A stretch of DNA of 64,000 bases, taken from NCBI GenBank assembly GCA_025201805.1, contig MU619256.1, positions 101,356 to 165,355 of the forward strand, written 5' to 3'. The notes under the pieces were generated by a model. That model did not search any database. It was given only the letters and a program-made list of their open reading frames with translations, and was not told where the DNA came from. This stretch comes from Parasitella parasitica NRRL 2501. Lineage: Eukaryota > Fungi > Mucoromycota. Numbering within the stretch: position 1 is the first letter of the stretch; the number at the start of each line of letters is the position of its first letter. Shown in pieces: positions 36,382-50,381 of this stretch. A program made the position numbers and the translations under genes.

Positions 36382-37743
36382 ATGTTAAATATTGGTTCAA
36401 GATTACTACGCTTTCATACTTTAAAAGCTGTCAGTGCCAAGTCAGTTACTTTCCGTGCCCTGTCGACTTCCACCAGCTGTTTGTCTCCAAAGAACCAAGA
36501 CGCTGATGAACCCGTTGATCCTAATAACAAGCAAAGTGCTGGATTCATCAAATCCGTGCTGTACGGTAAAGAATTGAGTGGAGCAGGTAATGTATTTGCT
36601 CCCGAGCTTACAACCACTCATTCCAAAAAGCTGGCGAGAGGCAAATACGTTCACGAAATGCAAAGTAAGTGTGTTATAGAATCAGGGGGAGGGGGCGCGA
36701 GGCAATGAAACATTTTTAACTGAATAAAAATACGTCATGCTAGCGCACCGTGTTAAACCCGACAAGGTGGAAGAATACATCCAGCTCATGTCTACCCATT
36801 ATCCTCGTATTGCTAACGATCCTCAAAACCAAGTAAATTTATGCGGTAGTTGGGAAATGATTGTCGGTGATCTGGATACATTTGGTGAGTGTCTGATTTT
36901 GAAGTACCTTGTTTTTTTTTGGTGCATTAACATGGTTCAAATTGTATAGTTCACATTTGGGAATACAAAGGTTATCCTGGACATAAGCAAACTATGGAAA
37001 GATTGTCAAAGGACCCAGTAAGTGCTTATTGAATATACTATATACAGAGGGTGCGGGGTCTTGACACCTCTCTTTTACAGGTTTATGCACAATTCATCAA
37101 AGACCTCCGACCTTTGTTAATTTCTCGTGAGAACAACATGATGTTAGAGTTCTCCTTTTGGATGACTTCGCCTCCTCAAACAACGAATGGCATCTACGAA
37201 CTTCGTAAATACAACTTGAAGGTGAGTTCCTTTGACCAAGCCCGTATTTTATCTAATCTAATCTGCTTAAATATAGCCTGGAAATTTGCTTGAATGGGAA
37301 TATTACTGGTAAAAGTGTGATGGGAAAAAACCAAAGGGCATTTGTCATACTCACCCTTTTAAATGTTTAGGCGCAAGGGACTTGAGTGCAGAAGTCAATT
37401 CTGTGAACCTGTCGGAGCCTGGTTCAGTCAATTGGGTAATCTGCATACAGTTCAGCACATGTGGACATACCCGTAAGTGTTCAATGTAAAATGTTGAGCG
37501 AGAGCTCAGGGCTAAACTATCAATTGAAAACCAGTGATCTGCAAACAAGAAAAACCACCAGAGAGGAGGCTTGGAAGGTGGAGGGATGGTCTGATACTGT
37601 GTACAAGACAGGTAAATATCTTTTTGCAAGTCAAGATTTATAGAATTCGCCAATAATGCTCACTATATACTATAATAGTTCGCCTGGTTGACAGTATGCA
37701 TTCATTCATTTTGAAGCCACTAGACTATAGTCCTCTAAGATAG
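36382..37743 (+). CDS. NIPSNAP: NIPSNAP family protein, mitochondrial presequence, multi-exon
   Basis: HSKKLARGKYVHEMQ; HRVKPD; GSWEMIVGDLDTFVHIWEY; GIYELRKYNLKPG; AWKVEGWSDTVYKT; YSPLR. Confidence 0.9.
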
Positions 37744-37939
37744 ATTGTAATGACGAGAAAAGGGAAATGTTGCCAATGTTTTATTGTATCAATAAAAAAG
37801 CAAAAAAAAAAAAATATATAACATTAGTATATACAAGTGATGAAATTGTTAATTTTAGCTTTAGGTGTGGGGTTAAGAGTTGCTAGATGAATATGCACAG
37901 TTATGAGAGAAATAATGATAATAATATAATAAATTTGTG

Positions 37940-38768
37940 TTAATGAGCCGCCATGTTTCGTAATGCGTTCATGTTTCCACTGGCCTCACGACTACGAGTA
38001 ACACGACCTTCGCCCTCCATCAGCGTTTCCTCATACAATGTGCAATTTCTCGATCCAAATCTTTTTTGAAACTTGATCAGTTCTCGTGTAAGTATGTCCA
38101 TGATTTCCATTGAGTTTTGGCTGTCTTTATCCAAGGTCCCCACCACATCATCGTCGTCTTCTATATCTCGAACTAGTGGGATGGTACTCGCACTGCTCAA
38201 TGAATCGACGTCGTCGTCGTCCCGCATCTGCTCTGTCTCTCTCATGGCCACTGCCGCTGTGAGGTTGTTTAAATGACTCGTTGCAGCAATTGCCATTGAG
38301 GATTTCATGTCATTGCCATGTCCTGCACGGTTGTCATTTTCTTTAGTTGCCATCTCGACTTGGATAGAGCTGATATACTCTAGGATTTGATTTGCTCTTC
38401 TATTCATTTCAGATATACTCATACGAGCCTGCGGTTGGCGAGTCCTTGCTGGAGGAGACGAAGCACGTGCCGTAGGTGAGAAATGGTCGAATAAAACTGA
38501 AGAAATGCCATCTTCTGGACAATCTTTTCCCTCGTCGTCCAATTCATTACACCCAATAGGCGGTGACTCTCGAACTGGCGTGGATGTACGAGACCTTGGT
38601 TTTCCTCGTTTCCCACCACCGTTTACTTTACCATTCATTCGACCGTTTGTCTTTTTATCAGATTGTTTCGCTTGCTTTCGTTTGGGTTTAACGGGTGTTG
38701 ATGTGAGTGGTTTTGTTGCAATAAGATCAAGCTCAGGAAATTCTTCTATGACAGTTTCAATATACATC

Positions 38769-38802
<34 letters not shown>

Positions 38803-39793
38803 TAACGGATAAACATATATCTACCTTGCTCTTTTAGAAAAACTACTTCTTCGTGACCTACAGATGAAACAGTAGATGAAGGCGGTTCTGATTTTTCGTC
38901 GATTGTATCAGGCAGCTTGATTCCTAAATCTCTTTTTCTCTTGTTTGACTTGTCTCGGTTTTCCTTGATTGCCATGGTGTTATTGTTTTGACTTTTTGGT
39001 GGTGGTGTTGTTCCAGTGATAGCTGCAGCTGTATTCGATGGCTCGTTGTGCGAATGAATGAGAACATTATTAGCATCGCTGGAATGAGGAGGCGGAGAAG
39101 AGCTTGATTGTAGTGAATCGCCATCTTTATGTGACTCATACATTTCCAGGGCATTTCTTGCTGCCAACACATCTTCCAGAGACATACTTGCTTCTCGACT
39201 GTTCAAAGTCATTCTCTTTTTCGGTGCTTTCGCATTAGTTGTTGCACGTTCGGTCGAAACATATTGGCGCTTTGTTCTAATAATAAATAAAACGAGAGCG
39301 AAAGAGGGAGAGAAGAAATGGCATTTAGTAAAGAGAGGGAGCTTTTCCTTTCTTTGCGTTGTTCTCTTACCTTCCATTGCTTTGGCGCAGGCCTTTGTGA
39401 TTATCCGGCTTGCATTGCTCGCAATAATAATGGTCAGGTATATCCGGCTGCTCGAGTCCCATACATTCACAATGCTGCCACACTTCGCATTTGTCACATT
39501 GGACCATCAAACCTAGACTGTCTTTAAAAGACACCAACAACTATCAGCACCTCGTCAGAAGAAGAAGCTTCCAATTCGCAACTTACGAGTTTCATTACAG
39601 ACACAACGTGTGATGGAGCCGCTATCAGAGCTATTCTCATCAGACGTAGATTGGGATCTTCTTCTTGGTGGAGCTCTTTGTTTTCTTCTGCCTACTCGAC
39701 TTGGCCTACCGCCTCTTCTATGCACAACTAATCGCAAAAAGGTTGTTAATGCAAAGCCAATCCATCCAGTGCGATGTCGGTTCATTTACCCAT
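37940..39793 (-). CDS. CTI6: PHD-finger protein, Cti6-like (Rpd3L-associated)
   Basis: Spliced TRCVC...[17 protein letters not shown]...YYCEQC PHD finger; [10 protein letters not shown]; [25 protein letters not shown]; [16 protein letters not shown]. Confidence 0.8.
38771..38797. repeat. (CA)n microsatellite, intronic
   Basis: Read directly from the sequence. Confidence 0.9.
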
Positions 39794-40531
39794 GTAGATG
39801 CTTGATTAAATCCTTTTGCTTTTGCTAATAACGCTTTTCGCCCAAGAGTGATAAAATGATGAACAAGAAATGATTAAACTTGTGAGTTCAATTTGGGAGA
39901 CTAAAGAGAAAAGGTTTAGGAAAAATACCAACAGAAAAAATATTTTGAATGTTGCAGATTTGACTGTTTTTTGTTTAATCAGGTGTGGTGCAATATGCTT
40001 GTGCAGAATCCCTCTCGACTCACAATCTCCCAAATGTTAAGGTGATGCTATGTGAAACCTATATAACTTGCGCTATTACCTGCTACAAATGGGGCATGCT
40101 CTCATAGAAGGTGATGTATGTGACTAATGATGTATTTCAGCCATGTTAAAAGTAGTAATCACGAGGGCCAACTTTTTCATAAAAACTTTATGCCATCAAT
40201 TCTGCACTCGCCTATTTTTTTTTTTTTTTTATGTTAAATAGCAAAATAGGTGTATTTGAGCAAAGAAACAAACCGCATCTGGCTGTAACCTTGCTGTAGT
40301 TGTAGCATGACTTTGATTACTGATCAGCAAATCTTGGTCTCAAAGGTGAAACAATTTTTTTTCCTTGGAAATCGTTACATTTAGATACCTCTGATTTTTT
40401 TTTTTTCTTGGTTACTACGGCACGATGGGATATTTGATAGTGGGATAAATACACTTTAATTTAATTAATTAGTGGTACAGAAGCAGTGATATGGAAGGAT
40501 TTATATAGACAACTTGCGGATCATCAGTTGA

Positions 40532-42376
40532 TTAATCACCAAGAACTGCTGATAAACCAGGGACATCGCGCAATTCCATAGAGGTTACACCTCGGGAATC
40601 GGCTTGCGAAAGAAGAGGACCTACGCTAAGCTCTCTCCAAGACTCCCAGACAAGACAAACGTCTTTTCTTGCTTTTTCTGACAAAACAATGCACCCAATG
40701 GCATCGTAACCACCCGCTAAACATGTCATGTCAGTATACAGATACCCCTCCTTGCTAATTCACTTAATTTTTACCTCCTGGAACAACAGCCATGGCAACA
40801 CCAGGTACATTTGTGCATTCATTCAACAGGTGCGTCTGTTCCTTTGGTTCAATTGGAACGCTGGATAAATCGCCCATCATTCGCATTAGCGAGCGAACAT
40901 GGCCAGCGTCGTTGGCCAGTGCTACGAACTCTTCCGCGATGATTCCAGGAACAGTGTGCCATTCGCTGGACTTTAATTGAGAGCATTGAATCAGAGTGTC
41001 ATTGTATAATTTGGCATCTTGCTGATGATGTGCGGCAAGTTGGCGGAAATGCTGCTCAACTAGAGAGTTGTATGTACCTAATTCGTCCCAGAGAGCATCA
41101 GCTGAACGTGTGTCAATCAACAATGGAGATGAATTTGTCAATGCCTAGCGTAAAATAGATTTCTATGCTTGCGAATTTACCTTCTTCAGGCTTTGATTTC
41201 TTCCAAGCCAATACTTTTCCAACCAAAGTGGGTGTATGACTGCCAGCATCAATGTCTGCCAACATTAGATGGAAACCTGGGGGTAATTGGAATGGAACAA
41301 CATCATTGTCCCAGCTAGATATGCGCACATTTGAATATTCTTGCGTTACACACATAGCAGAATGTCACTTTACCTCTGGTTGTGAGCATCCAATGCATCT
41401 GAAAGTACTTTGGAGTTTACATGTTCATCCTGGTCGATGCAAGAGAAAGGAGATTATATATACGTGCATTCTAATATGCCTTCCTCCCTTCCGTGGTAAT
41501 ATTTACCATAATTGGGGTCAAAATCGCTGGATTGAATCTCTTGTATCTGTGGCTACCCCAGACAGCAGATGACACGTCAAACCCACTTCCCACTTTACCC
41601 TGAGCAAAACAATGAACGAATTGAGCAACATTATGGATCAGCACCTTGTCGTTTTCAACAAGGGATTCGTTGACAACTTTGAAATGGAGCAACAATGCAG
41701 CAACTAAAGAGGTTGTCAGTGCAGCAGAGCTTCCAAGGCCTGTTTTATGTACGGTCGACAGTGTAGCATGTGTCTTGCAAAAGGGGTCGAGTGAAGCTAA
41801 TGCATCTGCAGTATTTGAAAGGTGTTTTGCTTCCAACTATTGTTAACGAGCTTGGGGGTTTAGATGAATTACAAACCTCCAACTGATCTACAAGTTTAAA
41901 TTTACCTGAGCACGTTGGGAGTAAAAGTCGTTGTCCCCCACAATTGTCACTTGAATGCCTTTGCTCAACAACCGATTTAATTGCTCTGCGCCAATTCTTT
42001 CTAGAACTACATGCAATGTAAATTTCAAGCATGTTTCTACAAACTTATTGCTGCTTTCAGTGGTTCTATTTGCGTTGAATTAGGTTTCAGGGATCATCGT
42101 ACAGCGAAAAAAAAAAAAAAAAAAAATAGCATACATGGCTTTAAATTCGAGCTTGTCACTATGACCAGTTGTTTTATACTGCCAGGTTGCTTCTTCAAAC
42201 TGAGGTGAGTGTACAGTGAGGGTACCTGCAGCACCGGTATACTCGGGTTTGATCACAGTATAGAATCTAGCTGATGTGCCAATAACTAAACCAGTGTAGG
42301 CTTGTTCTAAAACCAAATAGCCACCAGTCAAGAGCACTTTACCCGGGGCTGAAGCAATAGTATAGCTCGGAGTCAT
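40532..42376 (-). CDS. ERG8: Phosphomevalonate kinase, multi-exon
   Basis: SAPGKVLLTGGYLVL; KTGLGSSAAL; AQGKVGSGFDVSSAVWGS; VPIEP; VPGAGGYDA. Confidence 0.95.
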
Positions 42377-44253
42377 TCCAGTGCCAAGGTAATAATGTGA
42401 AAGAGGAACAAGACGCGAAATATATTTGCTTGTGGAACTAAATAACTAGAAGCGCCTGTCCAATGGGCCAATAATGTGAATGATTCAACTCAATGGATGA
42501 AATAAGCATTATACCTCGCAATTGGAAAGAAACATTTTTCTGGTGAGAGGGGAACCTTGTAAAATAATCATAGGCGAGTAAAATATGGTGTTATTATGCA
42601 AATATAACATAATACAAGTGAATATCGCTGATTTATAAATTTATAGATATGTCAAAGTACACAATAAATGTATTTTTTTAACATGCTTAACTGGGTAAGA
42701 ATTATACACAATTTCTCATATGGTGTTGGTGGTTCTAGCGTATTTTTACAGATGTATGTTCGGTAGCAAAAAGGATTGTAGATTGTTGATGGTAAATGCA
42801 CCAATACGGGTTCCTTAGGGTCGTCTGTGTAGCATATCTCTCAGTTTTCCTTCTCAAGTGTCTTGGCTAAACTGATTACGTTCTCTTTGTTACAAAAAAA
42901 AATACAAAGCGCTGGTTCCTTTGTGATGGTCAACATAGCAAAGGATATAAAAGAGAAAGTAAAGGGCATAACAAAAAGTAATAACAAAAATGACCAGGTA
43001 TAACACAGGTAAATAAAAATTTTGTTTGTATGAAGATTTATTAATAAATCTTTGGCTATTAAACACAGGGTAAATTATCAGAACTCTTCGTCTTTAATTT
43101 GAAGCGGTAAATTCATACCTCGAATCAATGTATATGTCCAATCAATAAAGAAAATAATTTTATATGAATCTAGAATGTATGTGGCAAACTTTACTTCATT
43201 TCATATCATATACAAGGTGACCTATAGCAGTTTATTGATTGGATCCTTTAGGATGATTGTAAATTGGGTCGTCTATTTTGTGAAGGCTTTGATAGTTTCT
43301 GTGACGCTTCTTATTGGAGAAGTTTACCATAGTTTATAGCTCCCACATGAGAACAATTTGTTTGGAACAAGACGAGGTTTCAGCAATTAGATCCTCTCTT
43401 TTAGGCAGTGTTTGTTTATCTGAAAGAGCCATCCCCAGGCAAATAAGAGTGTAAAATTGGAATGTAAAAAGCGCAAAGCGCAAAGCGCATAAGGGTTTTA
43501 ATTAGCCAGAGGCACTGTGCATAATTCAAATGTTTTTACTTTTCTGATCTTGGAGCTTATTGGTTTTCATTTTGATTTGTATACCATTATGAAAGAAAAG
43601 AAATGGTTTGGAATATCTCCCATGATGTCTCTGTGGCGTATATACGTAAATATCGCCGAATGTATCATGACAATCTTGATAAGGCTGCTCCATGAGGATG
43701 ATGGTACTTGACCAATGATTATTTGAATTTTAGTTGGCTTATTCTCGCTCGTGAACATCGGATGCACTATTTGCTTTTTTAAGCACCTTAATTTATCATT
43801 GATCAAGTTGTCATTGCTCGAGATCATTCAGTCGTCGTTTTTTAAGCATTGTTTACTTATCAATGTACAAATGGCGTGTGTTCATCAATTAGCTCCGAAA
43901 TGTGCTCAAGCACTCAAGATTTCAGAAACGCTTTTGCAAGATGGTGTAAAATGTAAAAGGCAATTGGTATACAAACTTTTGTTCACAGACAAGACATGTT
44001 GAAGGGTACAAAAAGAAGAGAAGAGCATGCATTTTACTTCTCTCCTTAATTTGAGGAATAGTATCAAACATTTGATTACCGCGCTCGATTGATATAGTCA
44101 AGAAGTTTGAGGTTGGACAAACAGCAAACATGTTATATTTAATTCTAGGGGTTACATGTACAAAACACTTTCTTCTTGTTCTGCTTCTTCTCTCCTCTTT
44201 ATTTTTCTCTATCTCATTTTAACTTTTTTTTTTCTTTCTTTTTCTGCTGGAGA

Positions 44254-46073
44254 ATGTCTATTGATGTTTGTAACAATTCGATCTTCTTGAAAAAAGCAGC
44301 GGCAGCGGCAACAGCAACAGTATCGAAAAATGACAGTACTAAAGAAACAAAAACAACAAAAAAGAGCAGGTCGTCTTCGTTCAGCAAGCTTCAGACATTA
44401 GTTGCATCTGTATCAAGACGAAGGTCTAAGCAAAAAGCAGCATTGGAGAGTAAATCGAATGCCTGCGTGCCTTCACCTCAACCTCAACCACAACCTCAAC
44501 CACAACCTCAACCACAACGACCACAACGACCACAATCACCGCCATCAAACTTAAAGTTACGACCCTCCGTGTCAGCAAGGCCGATTTCACAATTCTTCTT
44601 TCCATCGATAAAAGAGGAAGAAGATGTAGCTGCAAACAGAGCGACAATGACACGACAGATATCATTTTCGCCACCACCACCATCACTGCAACAAAAACAA
44701 CAACAAACAAAAAATCGGCAGCTCAACCGACACTCCCTCGCGATAGACCTTATTGATCGACAGCAAAACGAAGAAAGTGTTTCCTCAAGTAGCTCATCCA
44801 GATCATCTTCGTTAAAAACGATAAGACTGTTGGACGATTTTGCCATTAAAGAAGAGGATGAAGACGAGGAGTTCATCAATACAGTCCAATCAGATATTAA
44901 TGTGTCTTCAATGTCGATTAGAAAAGACTACTGTCTCGCTCGCTCCACATCATCCCAGATTAAAGAAAAGAGGCTGTCAGGCGTAGTCAATGTAGCACGA
45001 GCTCGTACTGTATTAGGGTTAGATTCACTAAAATCAAAAGAAACCCGAGCAATCCATGTATGGCAAAATACGATTACACAACTTTTGTCTACAGATCTTG
45101 ATCAAGATTGTATGTTCGATAACGATAAAAAAGAATTATATAAAATGTTAACACATCCAGCATTAGTGGTGAGTTTTCTTGCACTTTTCATAGACACACC
45201 ATAACTAAACATTTCTCTCAATTATTGGCTCCAAGCCGGAGGATACCCTAGAACGCCAAAAGTTCGTGCGACAATCATCAACAAAAGACCTTGCCATGAT
45301 TAGATTCATATTGAATGAGTTGATAGAGACAGAAAAATCTTACAACCAGCTGTTGGCGCTGATACAAGATGTAAGGTTTATGTGTCATTCCTACATCATA
45401 CATGCTAAACGTTTGTTTGCAGAGGTATATGCGCCCCATGTTGGCTGCTTCTCGAGCAAAAGACCCTCTTGTTAAATCGGCAGACATTCCAATCCTATTC
45501 AATCATTTACCAGAACTGCTCCAGCTTTCTGATAAATTGCTACAATCATTCGAATCAACCAATAATGTCGGCCATATATTTAGGTCCTTTGAATCCAGCT
45601 TTGTTGTGTTTTTGAAATACGCCATGCATTATAGAGCAAACATCAAAACAATCAAAAGAGCCTGTAGCAATGTACTGTTTATTAAAATAGATCAGGTATG
45701 TTTGTAGTAAAAACAAAAAGGAGATTACAGAAAATATAGAAAATATATACTAATTAGGCATATTATTATGCGTGTCCCCGCAGGAAAATCTTTCCCGAAG
45801 AGATACAAATCGACTTGGCATGTCAGATTATCTCATTGCACCTATCCAAAGGATACCCAGATTCATTCTGCTGATAAAAGGTAACAGAAAACCTTTGTAT
45901 GTTTTTGCTCCTACTCATTTCTTTCAGATTTGCAAAAATATGTTCATCCGATGGATACAAACTACGTCGAGCTGGATTTAGCATTGAAGATTTTGACTGG
46001 TTTGGCTGTTGCAATGGACTATGCACAAAACAAAGCACCACCACCGTCTCGTCCATCTATGGGAACACTTTAA
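44254..46073 (+). CDS. Dbl-homology (RhoGEF) domain protein with low-complexity N-terminus
   Basis: FILNELIETEKSY; ILFNHLPELL; DYLIAPIQRIPRFILLIKDLQK; (PQ)n repeat; GT-AG introns. Confidence 0.85.
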
Positions 46074-47149
46074 ACATACACATACACACATATATTTGCA
46101 TTATTTGTATCATATTCATATCAAAATAAAGCCCTTATCATATTTGTCAAGCAACTGTTATGTATCATGTACATTCAAATGCAACCCTCAAATGTGTCTG
46201 GTTGTAATTTGTATCATGTAGACTTTATATCGCTAACGTATGTAGCATTTCTATGTGTTGTATGCAGTTTGCTTTGTTTTTTTTTTTTTTTATTTTACCC
46301 TTTTTCATCACTAATCCTTTTTCTGCAAATGCATTTCCCCTTGTTGTTGACAAATAAATTAGCATTTGAGTTGGACTTTAGGGAAACTTGAATAGCTGTA
46401 TTTTATGACAAGTGTGTCATTAAACTCTTGATTCCAGTTATTCTCTGTGTTTGTACCATTTACGCTCAAATAGTGATCACATCATTATATGATTCAATGA
46501 AGTTTCCAGAATTTGTTTTCGTATGAGATAAATACTATTTTGCTCAACTGAGCTATTTCATCTCCTTATTCTGCTGTATCTTATATACATAGGAGATCAG
46601 GAGGCATTTACGCGTTTCAGCTCATGTATTACTGCTATCGCTGAAAAAGCCAGTGTAGAGGAGGCATTTGCGATTTTGCGAAGGCTGTGCTCCTGTGATT
46701 CGTTTGTCAAGATGAATCCTGCTTTATGGTATTATTGTTGCAGTTAGTGCAAATATAATAATAGATAATAGGGTGTATGTGTGGTCCGATTATACATATT
46801 AAGCATTTATCACTGACTATTTTTTCAATTCTTCTGAGCTTATTATTACAAACTGTCTTCAATGCACAGCTTTCTCTTGTAATTGGAAGTTTGTAACCTG
46901 TTTACGCAAAGAACTTTTACCAATCAATGCACCGCGCCACTGATGTCCTTAACTGCCCATTCTTTTTGTTTTAAATAAAAAAAAAATATGAATGGGATGC
47001 AATGTGAGCATTTAAGAAGGGATCATTGCTATTTATACAATCGATTATGAGAGCCCAAGGATGAAAAGGATTAAACATCAACCGATGCCTTCAGACCACT
47101 TTGAAATTTACGAATGTAAACTTAGTATTTGATAGGCAATAAATATATT

Positions 47150-47800
47150 CTATGTACAGCCAAATCTGCAAATTCTAGTTTTTTTTTCCAGGCGATTTAA
47201 AAAGCCAGGTATATTGAATCATTTGTATTGCAAAGAATAACAATTTTTTCGTGTCAAAATTAACGACTTTATTGTATTACTTGGCTGCTTCGTTAGAATC
47301 TGAACTTGAACAGAGTGCAGCGTAAGATGTTCACTCATGCCAGCAGGACACAGCTTCATAAAACATCTGCTATTCGAAAAGGAGCGTAATCTAGGTTTTG
47401 ATCTAAGAATCCCTGTTGTAAGTGGTGCTTTAGACTCGTGTCGAGTAAGACCAGCTCTTGCTGTTTGGGTCAATTGCTGGGAATTACATTACAAAGTCTA
47501 GCTGGATGAAATGTCAAACAGTACAATTGGTCAATAGCGCAATTTGATCTATAATATCATCGACAATACAGTTACCAAATAAATGTTTTCAAAACAAGGC
47601 CAGCAAAAGACTGAATACTTGATATAATATCTGCTATTGACAGCTTTGTTTTACTTTAACTGATAGCCGTTACCCAATATAGACTACGAGAACGAACTTT
47701 GATCAAGTCTTTCATGCTCTTACTCTGGATCACTTTATCCAATAAAAAGTCAAGCCACAGCTCTTCAATACTGCTTACACTCTACTAAGGACAAACTCAA
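47150..47800 (-). pseudogene. Possible relic of an F-box/LRR-type gene
   Basis: Broken frames (SSIEELWLD; LCPAGMSEHLTL...PSNTIKSLIL) echo the 1718-3463 protein (CPRTAHFLKI...PNNTIRSLEV). Confidence 0.2.
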
Positions 47801-48235
47801 TTGATATGGCCTCAATGCAACATAAATAGTATGATATCCACATCTACTTCTCTAGCCTTAGTCATGAATTATGCTACTCTGGTAGTTTAATACAAAGATT
47901 CTCGTAGTCAAAACCGCAAATTTACATCGATTTTTTTTTTTTGCAGAAACACAGCTATTTCATCTGTCCTCAGTATTTCTCATAGCAACTAGTGTTTTGA
48001 TGATTTGTATCGGACACAGTAGTTATCAGAAAAGCATAGTCACAACACACCTCTTCCTTTGTCCGTACGCAAAGATGTATGCATATATTCTACAGATATA
48101 GGACAACAAAACGATTGGCGCTGCGGTAATTTTGCTTGGATATTTTTATTTCGTATAGATATAATCAATTTTTGCTCATGACAATAAATGTCCAAAATTG
48201 TAGGTTATAATGATAGTATAGTGATCACAGCGTAA

Positions 48236-49698
48236 TTAGTCCCTGGGCCAAACTTCCAATTCCTTGTAACCGTCGATAATCTCACTCAATTTCTCTGTTG
48301 TCAACAAGGGGACTGAGTAAGTGAATCCGGTGTCACGTTCGATTTTGGATCCGTCAACAGAAAGGGTATTGTTATACAGCAACTCCTTGTCGATGTAAGG
48401 CGACAATGGCGTAACCACAATGCCATTTTTACGAACAAGTTCTGCCCATGGTGCCAAGTGTTTTTCATTGACAACGTCAATAACAGAGTCCAAGTTGAGC
48501 TAGGGAAACAAAGAAAAAGGAGCGTTTAATTTTCGAAATCTGATTAAACACGTAACGCAACACAGCGGACTTTACCTTTGCAAAAGAAGACACCACATTA
48601 CCATGGTAACCGGTTTTTATATTGAAAATAAGTTCCAAACGCTCGTTGATAGTTTGCTGATCTGTGCCCTGTTTATCTGCTAGGTTGAAAATAGGCACTT
48701 GGCCTGAAGAGCCGATACTGTTGTCGGTGTACCACTGTGCCAAATGCCAACAGGCCCTTGATACGTCGTTTACATGAACCGTGTTAAGTTTTAAATCTTT
48801 TGACCAAAGCAATTTCATTTCTTCATCAAGGTATTTGTAGATCCTGCCGATAATCAAACGTGGTGCTATACGGACAAAACGATGTAACATAAATAAACCA
48901 CACACAAAGACGCTATAAACACAACTTACTCAGGCCTGAAAGAGCACCAGGACCGTAAACAACAGCAGGACGAAGGATAATCAGGTTTATGCTATTGCAC
49001 ACATGTGAATGCCTTTTCAGAGGAACTGCGTTTGCGTCTGTCTTACCCTTTAATCTTTTTCAGCTCTTCTTCTGCTTTGTATTTGTGTTTGGCGATGACT
49101 GTCCAAGGATTGATTTTTGACGATTCTGTAGAGGCTTCCTGCAGTAGTAAAGCAAGCCAAACAGTAAGCAATCCAACGTCGACCAATGCAAAGTTATAAA
49201 AATAAAAATTAATAATTAAAAGCTCACCTGGCTGCTATCGTACACTTCAGCAGTGGACATTTCAATAAAGACTTTTACGTTTCTTTTCGCTGCTTCCTTT
49301 GCGCAATTGACGGAGAGATTGAAAATACGTTCCTGATAGATTTCAGGTACCTGGGAATACTTTGTTTCAGCAGCAAAATTGAAGACATAATCAAACTGTT
49401 TGCCGTCTTCCCTATCAAAGCATGCCGCAATAGAAGCTAGAGCACGTGTTAGGTGTGCCATGTACATGTACATATGTGGATTTCTTTGTTTTACCTTGGT
49501 TGATCAGATTGGTCTGTCTGAATTCTACTTTGGAAAAGTCGCTTTTAAATGTCTCTGACAAGTACGCTGTTTGTGGAAGCATTTTATCAGCAACTCGGAT
49601 GTCTGCCACCAAGTTGTTTGTTGATAAATAGTGCACAAAGTTTCTCCCAATGAAACCAACACCGCCTAATACCAGCACATTAACCTTTTCATCTTGAG
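48236..49698 (-). CDS. NAD-dependent epimerase/dehydratase-like (extended/atypical SDR); start codon probably in the N gap
   Basis: VLVLGGVGFIG Rossmann motif; FDYVFNFAAET; STAEVY; IILRPAVVYGPG; NTVHVNDVSRA. Confidence 0.85.
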
Positions 49699-49728
49699 NN
49701 NNNNNNNNNNNNNNNNNNNNNNNNNNNN
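49699..49728. other. Assembly gap (N run)
   Basis: N run adjacent to a poly-A tract. Confidence 0.99.
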
Positions 49729-50381
49729 AAAAAAAAAAAAAAAAAAAAAGAAAGAGAGACAAATCCCCACTGTCCGGAGAAGAGGTCTAACCCAGCTGAA
49801 AACACCAATGGTGCCTTTGTAACACAACCGCTTAAACAGTTTTGTGTGGTTTGCGTGGAAGGAGTTTGGGTGTGAAACTTTATATAAATCCATAGATTCT
49901 TTGATCTACGGGGCCTGTATCTACATATGCACATATCTTTTGGATCAGATTTGAAGAAACTGTAAAAGACGACATGCCATTTCACACCTATGGCGCTGTA
50001 CCACAGACATCCAACTGTGCAAATGACGCACGGCTTATATAATTTGTACATGACAAAGCTATGTAATCAAGATTTGAGGCTTTCTAACCTCAGCAATGTT
50101 GATGTATTATGGCAGTAAAACGAAGGAACGGTCAGAATGGTGCTATTTCCATCATCATCATATGTAACAAATAAACAGACTATAAATACACAAGTTGAAA
50201 AACCGTGTGATGTGTCCCCTTTTTTCCTGTCTTCTGCACCCATTGTAATAATTATATAGTGTATTTGCTAATTGTATAATATTATTAAGTCAATCAGTTT
50301 GGTGCGACTTTAACCTATTTTACCACATCATTATTGTGCATCTATTTTTTTTCCTCCCCTCCTCTTTCTTTCCTTTATTAC

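Noticed and set aside
44474-44535. CAACCA/CAACCT hexamer array resembling a telomere repeat
   Set aside because: It lies in frame within the RhoGEF CDS and encodes a PQ repeat
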